Assembly: GCF_000181795.1 (NCBI RefSeq)
Contig: NW_003526943.1
Coordinates: 11,047,759-11,111,758, forward strand
Length of the DNA: 64,000 nt
Source: Trichinella spiralis
Lineage: Eukaryota
Reading direction: 5' to 3'
Shown: positions 53,601 to 64,000 of the stretch, piece after piece
Numbering within the stretch: position 1 is the stretch's first letter
Layout: every line of letters begins with the position of its first letter
Notes under the pieces: generated by a model
What the model was told of the DNA's origin: nothing
Databases searched by the model: none
The model's input: the letters and a program-made list of their open reading frames with translations, nothing else
Translations under genes and position numbers: made by a program

Positions 53601-56337
53601 GTGGGGAACAAAAGCGGGCGAAATCGGAATAGGCTGGCTACAACATTTCACTTTTTTTATTTGTTAAAATATTTTTTAATTATGATAATTTAAAAAAATT
53701 TTATATTCTCAAATTCATATTAAAATTATGAATATTTCATTTTAGCAGCTTTTATCAATTTTAATTTATGTTCCATTTCTCTATATTTGATTTTTCGAAT
53801 TTTCATTATTTTTAAATTATTATATACCTATTCTCATATTGCAGGTACTTCTTATGTTACACAAAAATAAGTTGCTAATGACAACATTTCAGCAGTTTGT
53901 GTCATTTACAAATACACAGCTATCATCTTTCTCCTGTTCAATATTTCATACAAGGAGAGTAATCAGTTTTACAGGTTAAGTAGTAATATTATTGGTAATA
54001 ACATTGTTGCAAATGTTGCTTCTCTACATTCTGAAGCATATTACAGAGAAAAGATGCTATACAATAAATTGTTTAACACCATCAGAAAAATATTTCAAAT
54101 GGAAAACAATACAATTCACAGCTTATTCGTGCTAGTTAGCACAAATTTCTGAAACAGAATTGCTCTTGTCAGTTCTAAAAGTGTTCAGCTTTTAATGCAA
54201 ATGTAAAATCAACATTACCACTGAGTAAATATTTGATAACGTTGCTTAAAGTTTTGTATCAACATCCCTTCGTGAATCATAGGGTATTTTTGTAATTTAA
54301 AAAATCGATTTGGATGCTAATATAAAATAAATTTCAAAAAATCACACTTGTGTGAATTTTGAATATGTTTGAATTTATGAACATGAATTATAACCAATAT
54401 AGAAAAGAAATTTTTATACTTTTTTAGTTTATTATTATTTCTGAAATATTTGCAAAAAGAACAATAGAATCGGCCAAATGTTTTATTTTTGACTAAAAGA
54501 CATTTCACAAATCAACCCTCAGTTAACGTTATTCCAAAACTTGTAATAAATATTGCTGCTATTTATTTTTGATTAATGATCATTTTTGAAAGGGTTTTTT
54601 CAATTCGTTTAAGTCAGTTTTGAATATGTGAGCAACTGGTCATTTTAGCTATTATAAGCCTGAAGCTGCTTTTTGTCGGTCGCCTTTTAGCTTTATTTTT
54701 GAAAAATAGCTCTACTGAAATTTATATAATAATCTATTCACTTTTGATTAACGACCGTTTTATAACAATTAATGTATTCCAAAACGAAAGCAGCTGCTCA
54801 TATGCAAGCTGAGCATAAAATTTTCCCTGGCAACATGAGCATATGCTGATTTTTGAAAAACAATTCTTATGATCAATTTTGAATGACAGTTCTTTTCAGT
54901 GACGGTTTTAAGCTTAACAATTGTCAATCAAAATCAAAGCAGCAAAAGGTGTGCCCTATGGCGGCTCTTTTACGCTTTGCAAGTTTTGCAAATGAAATAT
55001 ACATTTAACAATTATTTTCAGGATTTGCTATTCAGTTGCACATCTGTTGCTTTTTAGATAAGCATTAATCATGACAGCTATGATGGTAAATTGCAAGAAG
55101 TTTTATGTAATAGATCGGAACGAATAAAATTTGCAGACAAAAGACATTATTTCAAAAATTAAGATCAGAAATTAGCTCGGATCTAACAGAACCTTGTGCA
55201 TATATATATATATATTTCAACTAAAATTGAAATTTCAACTATTTTCGTAGATGATAAAATTTTTTTGAAATAATTTCAATATGAATTAGTACTACATAAA
55301 TATAGTATTTAAACATACTTAAAGTTATAAAATTACTTTTACAATGATCAAATTAAAAGTAAATATTGCAAACATTCACAATTATATATTATCAGCTAGC
55401 ATGTTGTTGAATCATGTACACAAATAAGAGATATTTTCATGTAAGTGAATCATGTGGGAAAACAATTCCGCCTAATTGATCAATAAAGTAAACGGATGTA
55501 TCACACCCATAACAGAAAGCACGAGAAAAAATTGTCCCGAAGAAAAAATATTCCAAACTACATCTTTATATCTTTTACAAATATCTTTTATATTTTCACA
55601 GTAATGGTTTTAACTAGTTGTATAGGCTTTCACTTTTGTTGCAGTTTATTTTTTTGCTTTCCCAAGTATTATACGGAAAGGAAATGATACATTAAATTTG
55701 TATGCCTTTCAAAAGATTTTTCCAGTGTTAGAATGTTATCGGCTGTTCATTTATATGGTCTGCCTCCTTTTGCATATGTGGATGCATGTGCATTTTTGAA
55801 ATAAGTCCATTCAATCGGAAACTTTACATTTCTAATAACTGTTCAGTAAATTACAACTGTGATGAATTATTTTTGAAAATTCATTAACTTTTCCAGCTAC
55901 TGACAGCGAGGCAGTGCACTGTAATTTTAAGTTTCAGCATTGCAACTTGTTTTACTATTAAATAAATGAAAATTAAAATAAAAAAATAAATAATTTTTAG
56001 TTAAATAATAATTTTAAGTAAATTTTCAATTAGCAAATTTTGATTTTTCTAGTATTAACTAAATGTATTATTACTGTATGCTGAAGTGTTAGAAAAATTT
56101 AATTATTAAATATTTCATTTGAATTTACTTTACATAAATAAATACAGAAGTTTAATATTCATTTAAAAGCACTTAAGCTACTATAATTTAGAAAAATGAA
56201 AGAAGGAATTAATTCAGAAATATCGTTTATGTTTATTCAAAATTTAAAGTAGCTTCATTGATTTAAAAAAGGATTATTTTCTCTTTAATTTACAATTAAT
56301 TTAATATTTTATCTGCATAAAATACTACTCGAAACAT

Positions 56338-56661
56338 TCATTTATCTTTGAAAGATAAATATGAATATCTAAGGAGCAGTTTGAAAGCTTTCTCCTTTAA
56401 TAAACGTTTCATGGCATTTTGGCGAACAGATTTCAAACTTTTTAGCTTCCTCTGCTTTACTGACGTAACATAGAAGTAAACAAAAATACAAGCAACCTAA
56501 CAATTCTTTTGCTCATACTGTCGTGCGTTTTGTTGGTCACTTTCATTTGCTTGCTGCTGTCTGTCGAAGTATCGTTTGCATACTGCGTTGAACATAGTGT
56601 TGTACTCAACAAGATATTCGTCACATTTTAATTTGAGAACGTTGATCGTTGGCATTCTCAT
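56338..56661 (-). CDS. Putative small two-exon orphan protein (93 aa)
   Basis: Acceptor-like CCAG just before the ATG. Exons 56661-56502 and 56459-56338 flank a 42-nt GT-AG intron and give MRMPTINVLKLKCDEYL..QKNL KQRKLKSLKSVRQNAMKRLL..KDK*. No recognisable domain. Confidence 0.35.
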
Positions 56662-58220
56662 TGAAACTGGTACGTAAAACAAAATCATACTTCAAGTAAT
56701 TGCAGAACATTATCAAAAATGAATGCAGAATTAATTTATCAAATAATTGCTTGCTTAAGACGTTTAATTTTATGCCAGTTTTAGAAATGAACAATACAAT
56801 CCTTTATAATCTGTTTTTTGATTTTATTTGAACTCTTGCGTAATTGAAAAATTATACATTTCATTGCATCTGTATTTTTAAATTCCTAACTGAATCTTGT
56901 TTTTTAATAACTTTTATTTGAGTTTATGAGAATAGTTATTTGCTTTGAAATTTCTTCTAGGTTTTGATTTTTTGTTCTTTAGTGTAACAAGTGAATGGCT
57001 TGTCAACGACAGTGACTAAAAATATTCTTAAATTCGTGGATGATAATTAATAGCGGTGGTGTTATCAGCAGTGCAAAACAATTTTAACTACAGACTTCTG
57101 TTTATTAATGGGATTACGTTTCCACTTTCTTATCGATAATTTTGTAATTCTTAGTTTTTTGTAAACAGAAGGCGCACAGTTGATTGATTTCGTGATAAGT
57201 AGGAAAATAAAATTTTATGGAAGTTTTTTCTGGAATTGCTGTGTAAGATTTGGATTATTTGTTGTATCTTTGCGATAATTTCAATTTTAAAAATGAAAAT
57301 TCTTTTAAAAAATACTTATTAAAATTAATTTAAAAAATTAAGAATAACACAAGTCGAACCATATTAAGATTTTGAAAGAATTTTCATTTGAATAAAACAT
57401 ATCACTAGTCAGACAAATGAAAAAGTATAAAAATGTGACTAGTTGCTTATTGAAGAAGCTTAACCGATTTGGCTTTGCAATGCGCAATATTTGCAGCTGT
57501 GTTGAAGAGTAGCATAGATTTGAATATTGGTGTAATATTGACATAATCATATTGAACAGTTTTTAATATGGGTTTTCAATAAACAAAAAATTTAATTTCA
57601 TGGTGTTCAGAAGGTAGTGAAGTGCAGTAAATAATTTCATGTATACTGTTTCTTGTGTTTTTGTTTTTAATGTACAGTAAAGATCAGTAGAACATGATTA
57701 TATGAATAATGTTTATATTCATGCAATAATTACTGTAGTAAATGATTAAAATGTTTTAAATATTGTATGTAGAGAAGACTAATGCTATAGCAGTATAAGA
57801 TATTATAATTTAAGCTTTGCCAAAAGGTTAGTACTGATTCGTCTTTCAAGTTTTTCTGTAAAAATGTTGAAAAAATAATTGACATATCTAAAGATGATAA
57901 TTTTATGAAGAAAAATTTAGTACAGTAGTTTTGATTTTCAAGTATATTATCTGTATTTAAGAAAGCGAGCGCAACGTTTTTGTTATATTTAGATGATTTA
58001 ATATCGATTAAACTGAATTTCAGAAACGAATTTTTTACTTCATTTTTCATTTGAAATATGCAAAAAGATTCAGTTTTATATTTCTGCATTTATTTATAAC
58101 AAAAAGGTAATATAATTAAGTAATTGAAAAATAAATATTAAAATGTAAATAAAAAGCGATAACAGTTTTAAGTGAACAATGAATTAAGAAAATAAATTGT
58201 TTTTCAGTTTAAATATTAAA

Positions 58221-61200
58221 ATGAGTGGATTTCCTTATTTATCAACACATCCAGAAGCAAACCGCATAGATGTGTCCAACTCCACTGAAGGATTGGTGAG
58301 TTCCTCAAAAAGTGATACGAAAAACCTTTTACCGCTCAAAGAAAACAATGCGGAGAGTGGAATTTTGTTACGTATTGACAATTTGCCACCTCGGCTATCG
58401 GACTCTAGTTTAAAATCTTACATGTCTCATCAGTTGAAACCGTATGGAATGTTGAAATGGTTGAAGGTGATTGGTCACGATGAAAACCGATATTCTCTTG
58501 TTAAATATGTGAGGTAAATGAATGTATTTATTCTATTTGTAGCTTATAGAATTTTCTGAAATATTTTTGAATTAACTTCATTTAAAGTACTGTGTTTTCA
58601 TTTTTGTTTTAATGCATTTTTTAAAGCAAATTTAAGATAAATTTATTATTTACTGAAGAATGAACTCTTATTAATAATTTTGTACCAAAGTTTACCAAAG
58701 ATTTTTTTATTTCAGAGACGAGGATGCGATATTCGTTAGTAAAGAATTTTCCACACTGAATTTCTGTGGTAAAACAGCTCGCATTAAAATAATTCCAGAA
58801 AGCGAAGATTGCCCGGATAGTTGTTCAAAACCTTTGATCTACGATCCTGATGCAAAATCATATCTTTCGACTCGAACATTATACCTTGGAAATTTGAGAA
58901 ATTGCGTTAGCAGGAGTAGTCTGAGAGCGTATTTTGAAAAATTCGGTCCTATTATTGTAAGTTATATTCATTAATGTTGGGAAAATGGAGTTGAATATAA
59001 CATATTTTTATGAAGAAGGTAGACATTAAAGCTCAGGACACTCCCGTGACATACGGGTTTGTTGAGTTTGGCGACATTAAATCTGTTGTCTTGGCCATTC
59101 AACATGTTCGAGCGAATGGTCTGTGTGGCTGGAAAGATGTTAAGGTATGACATATTTTTATTTAAATTTTAATTTTTTAATCTGATGCTTTAATGTTTAC
59201 TGATTTAATTTTGAATTTCATGCATATTATTTCAGTCTGGTTTATAATTTTTTAAGTAAAATTGTACTTTCAGAGATAGTTTATTACAAGTATAATTTAT
59301 TAAAAATTAGTATCAAGATTATAAATTATTTTATATTAATGATAAATGATTTCTGTAGCATCCGCTTGAAATGTATCATAAACAGATTTGTCGATGTCAA
59401 AGCTTATAGTTATTGAGGAATTTTATAGATGATATATTTTTAAATGAGCGAAGATTATTATCTGTTGTTTATATGAAACGACAATATTTTGTTTCAGGCA
59501 AATTTTGGGAATTTTACTGCAGATAATAAGATTTGGATTGCAGCTGAAGATTCTAAGATCTCATTTGAATATGTAACGAGAAAATTTTGGCCCTATGCGC
59601 CTCATGTACTGGACATACTCTTCGAACCAGCCCTTAATCATGCTGTCATTGTTTTTGACAGTAAAGAAAATGCCAGTATTGCATATCAGGTAAATTTAAG
59701 CTTCGTTACAGTTTAGAACTGAATCAAAGATTTACGTTAAATAATAATTTGTTCATTGCGTGAAATATATGATGCAGTTCCTTTCTTCGTATTCAGTGAT
59801 ATTTGTTTCTTTAAGGATATAAAATCAAATCCAAACGATAGCCTGGTGGTAGATTATTGTTCTTCACAGCTGTATGATTCAATTTTTGAACGTATCAATA
59901 ATGGACGTTCAGATAATCTCCCATCAACAAGGCAATCAGCAAAATACGAACATTTTTTACCTTTATTAATCATTTATCATTTTTTGTTTGCTTTTAGCTC
60001 TTCCATATCTCCTTCTGTTGATGATGGAAAGTTGGTGTAAGTGATGCTGAAGGCTTTTACCAAACAAAATTTGCATACTATTTTTGTTTCAGATTGGACG
60101 ATAATAAGAAAACTGATTATGAAAATAATAAGCATTCTCAATATGATAATTGCAATCTCAATGCGAAAACAAGAGGACAGACTTCTGGCATGGTTTGTTC
60201 ATTAAACTGATAATCTGACGTTGAATATTGTTGTGTTGGTTGTGTGTTTTCAGAATGAGCGTGTTGAAGATAACAAGCAAGCGCAATCGCGTGAAACGTC
60301 GCAAGCTAAACGTAAAGCAGAAGACCATTTGGATGTTGGTTTGCTCAACTTGACTGATAATGAAAATTATTCAAAAGAGGAATTAATGAAAATCAACAAT
60401 TCAAAGAACAAAAAGCAGTAAATATCGCGTGAATTGTTTGTATTTATTCGTTCTGTTAATTGTATGATTTGTTTCCTTTTCAGCTTCTGCAAGAGCAATT
60501 ACAGCACAGAAAATCAGGAAAATCAGTTTAATTACGCAGCTTCCGCTGGTGGTAATCGTAAAGCAGAAGGTGATGTGCTTATATTATGAATGTTGTATAC
60601 TTGCGTGATGATAGTAGCTCCGGTGTTAGGCGTTCTTTGTTTGCACCTAAAAATTGTCCTCACTGTTAGAACATAACACTCTGATAAAAGAGAAAACTTT
60701 CACTAGATCAACTAATTTTCTTTACTATCCTGAAAAACGACTGGTGAAATTATAAAATTTAAATGGTTTGATATTATTTAAGGAAAAAAAATTGTTCGTT
60801 CGGCTTAAGGTTTGTGGCATAAATGTGGAGGTGAATGATGCAACGAGGGGCAACACGTGGAAGATTTAATGAATTGTCTGTTTGGATGCATTTTTCAAAA
60901 AATAATTTAGTTTTCGTTCACATTTTTATCGGATAGCCATTTGGAACTGCCGATTTGGTTGAAAAATTACATTATCAAATCAAATTATTTAATAGGTGCA
61001 TTATTGTTATTTCAGTAATTTCATGTAGCGTGTAGAAAGTGCAAAGTTAGATATGAAGAGAATTGTTGAAAATGTTTAAAACAATCAAGCGAATACTAAC
61101 AGTTTGGCACTGCATAGAATGTTTAATTTAAATTCTGAATTCAATTGGACAGAAGGTTTAAATTTTTGTTTATGATGTGTGTGGCTACATTTCACTATGT

Positions 61201-63193
61201 CCTAAGTTGTACAATTTTCGTACTCAACTGCTGCAGTTGCGAGAAATGAGAAAGTGAATTTTTTCTGTAGCTTTAGTGAATAAAGCAGAACCAACGGTGA
61301 ATGGGTAACGGTTTTCCTGATTTTTGAAATTTAGTTTTCCCAGTTTGAACAGTCTGCAAATAGTAGTAGTGGTATTCTCGTCGAAATTGCCTGTCGTCTA
61401 TCTTTTCCAAGTAAAATGCATATTTATTACCATTGAATGTTCTGCAACTGATAAACTTCATTTGCAATGCAATTTGTTGTAGAACTTTTGTGTTGTTCAG
61501 TCAGAGCTTGAAATGTATTATTATTTTTTTATTTTCATATTTTTTCCCTGTTATTAGTAGTATAACATTGTGCAGTTTATTGTTTCAGATACAACGTGCT
61601 GTGCTTTGAGTCCTCGAGGAATTTTTGCTGCAGACTTTCGAAATGTCACTTATGCAATGCCCAGTGGAGGAGGAAACGTGAATGCCGTTGCGGGATTTAT
61701 ACCACCACCGGGTATAAATGCAGCGTACTATCCTCGACCGGTGTCGAATTTTGCTTTTCCGGATGGGAATTTCTTCTATCCAAATATGTTTTGGCCTCAT
61801 TTTTCTTCCACATTGATGCATCCATGTATAAATTTTGTTGCTGTGAAAAAAAGTTAAATAGTCGAATTATTATTTTTGATTTTTTAGATTGGCAAGTGCC
61901 TCAAATGCAAAAATTTTATCACATTTTACCTATATTTTATCCAAATGGAGAACGGCTGCCGGAAGAAGCCGTCATAGTGACGACCACGTTCAGCGCATCT
62001 TCCCTAAAAGGAATTTATGAATATTTGGCCAGAAAAAATCGTTCTCACTTTGTACTTATGACACGCAATTTGCTATTTTTTGTGGAAAGGAACGTGAATT
62101 TTTCTACCTATGAAGGGATTAACTCTGTTGTGCAATCCTATCAGGTAAATATATGGTATTTTCTTGTACGGATGGTATAGTTTTATTTAAATGGGGCTTT
62201 TTTAATAGTTTTATTTTACATTTATTTAGTGTTTTAAAGTAGATACTTTCACTAGTTTTGTTTTTAATCTTCATTTTTTTCAATTTCAAAACAAAATGCT
62301 ACTGCTGCAGCATTATTGCTTCGATTATATTTAAAATTTTAAACTTGAAAATAATAGGTGTGGAAACTTTCTTTTTGTTTTTAAACTTTTGTGTGTTTTT
62401 AATTTTTAATATTCATTTAATATAATAACTGCTAGTGTGAATAGAAAGTATTTCACATATATATGCATATATTGTTTTGTGAATTTTAGTATTATCCAAT
62501 TGTCTGGTTTGCGAAAACCTCCTTCAGAAATTTCAGTTGTGAAATTGCATTTCGATGCATTTATGGAAATTTTCTTGTGATACAGCAGGTGATGTCGGCT
62601 CTGGATGCGAGAACTGCCAGAGTACCAGGCTACAGAATGGCGTCTGTTATAATTGAAGAGATGAAGCCAGTGAAAGAAGCGAGCAAAGTATTCTTTCAGG
62701 TAATTTTAATTATTGTTCACTGGATTATTTTTAATGGTTTAATTTAAAAAAAATTTATTTTTAGGGAAACGACAGTGCAATTGCTATTTTACGAACTGAT
62801 TGTTTCGAAATTGAAAAACAAGCTGTCGTGGGAAGCTATTTTGTTCAAACATTAGTTAATCCAATGATTGGTGGAGAATCAGTCGGTTTTTGTGCCACAG
62901 AAGAATTATCTGAAAATCAGGTTATTAAAATTTTTTTCTTTTTTATAAAGCACCGTTATTTTTTATTTTACTTTTAGAATAATTTTGTTGTTCACTTTAT
63001 TCCACCGTTCGAATTTGTTCGTCAACATCTTTTTAACCAACATCCGACGGCATATGCCACTCTTCATTTGCACATTGCAAACTATTTGGTCTGTGTAATC
63101 AGCACTGTGGACAAGAGCACGGGCGGGAGTGGCAATGCAGACCAAGCTCATTCAATGATACAAAGCAGCCCACCACGAATCAACAATCAATGA
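58221..63193 (+). CDS. Compact SPEN/SHARP-family protein: three RRMs + C-terminal SPOC (~800 aa)
   Basis: RRMs LRIDNLPPRLSDSSLK, STRTLYLGNL..FEKFGPIIKVDIK..YGFVEFGDIKSVVLAI, NKIWI..AVIVFDSKENA..LVVDY match the SPEN RRM layout. SPOC YYPIVW..VHFIPPFEF..YLVCVISTV. About 13 exons, stop TGA 63191-63193. Confidence 0.8.
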
Positions 63194-63778
63194 GCAGCAG
63201 CGCACGATGCGCATTTGCTCCATATGCACAATATGACATTTTTTTTCTTTACAATTATCACCTTTCGAGTAACCTCTCTTTTTTATACTGCTTGAACGTA
63301 ACTTGAACACCTCCTCATTGCTACGGTTTTTTTTCTGTTTTTGATCATTCTCCAAAATGTGAATGCTAATTAATGTGGTAACATTTTTGGGCAAATGGTT
63401 CCTAAAATATAGTAGTAGTAGATTGTGTTTTTCTTTTTCTTTTCAAATATAATAAATGCATGCTTTTTTCTTTCAACCACATACATACATCATCATCATC
63501 ATATGCGTACAATTTTGACAATGCCTTTTTTGGGATAGGGTTTTCGAAATACGGTGGTGATGATTATTGGGGTGCCAAATTACGGTGTGTTGGTGTGACA
63601 ACTGAATTTTGGGATAAAATAAAATTTTTCAATAAAATCTTGTCCAGTGGTGGTGAATTTGATTGATGATTATCAAATTTCATTTGCGAAGATCGTCAAC
63701 TTTTTTCAAATTTCCAAACAGAATACATAATTCATTTTTCTTCTTCTATTTATGAAAGTTTTTTATTGAAAAAAAAGT

Positions 63779-64000
63779 TCAAAAGTATTTTTGCAACGGT
63801 TCTCCAATGATCTTTTCACAAACGCTGGCCAATTGTTTGCACTGCATTTCAACTTCTTCACTCTCATCTGAAATAGAGATAATGAAGTGAATGAAGAATG
63901 CACGAACAAGCAAGCAAACACATAATATAAATAATATGAGCAAATGACACAAACCTTCCATCAACTCTGACAGAAAAGGTACTGATTCCGCGATCAAGCC
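63779..64000 (-). CDS. HEATR1: HEAT repeat protein 1 / UTP10, 3' end only (gene continues beyond window)
   Basis: LIAESVPFLSELME|DESEEVEMQCKQL..IIGEPLQKYF* matches the HEATR1 C-terminus (PESIPFLAELMEDE.EEVE..C...LGEPLQSYF). Confidence 0.88.
   Translation of the reverse strand, partial: GLIAESVPFLSELMEGLCHLLILFILCVCLLVRAFFIHFIISISDESEEVEMQCKQLASVCEKIIGEPLQKYF

Noticed and set aside
59931..59996. Possible GC-AG intron in the SPEN-like gene
   Set aside because: The segment is in frame and stop-free, so intron versus coding cannot be decided without cDNA.
9275..63193. UNR-like and SPEN-like genes as a linked dosage-compensation module
   Set aside because: They are about 46 kb apart with unrelated housekeeping genes between them. 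The only link is functional analogy to flies and mammals.
1..64000. tRNA, rRNA, spliceosomal snRNA genes and U12-type introns
   Set aside because: None recognised by eye, and the donor sites I resolved were ordinary GT. This was not an exhaustive scan.

Overview
AT-rich, intron-containing eukaryotic DNA. The tandem plancitoxin/DNase II-like genes, short GT-AG introns and nematode-type proteins suggest a clade I nematode such as Trichinella (inference, not verified). In order the window holds: two tandem DNase II-like genes, an RNase MRP RNA gene (minus strand, not visible in the ORF track), ATP synthase subunit e, a divergent CSDE1/UNR-like cold-shock protein, a rhomboid protease, a peptide-type GPCR, SNX29 head-to-head with attractin, an Sp17-like RIIa/IQ protein, ZCCHC9, centractin (Arp1), a full-length Tigger/pogo element with an intact but catalytically altered ORF, a palindrome array, a piggyBac remnant, a possible small orphan gene, a compact divergent SPEN-like RRM+SPOC gene, and the 3' end of HEATR1/UTP10. 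Gene models were spliced by eye and family calls come from remembered motifs; no searches were run. Best leads: the RNase MRP RNA, the candidate domesticated Tigger, the mini-SPEN with a remodelled SPOC domain, a possible soluble-attractin exon, the His-less DNase II pair and the 24-bp palindrome array.
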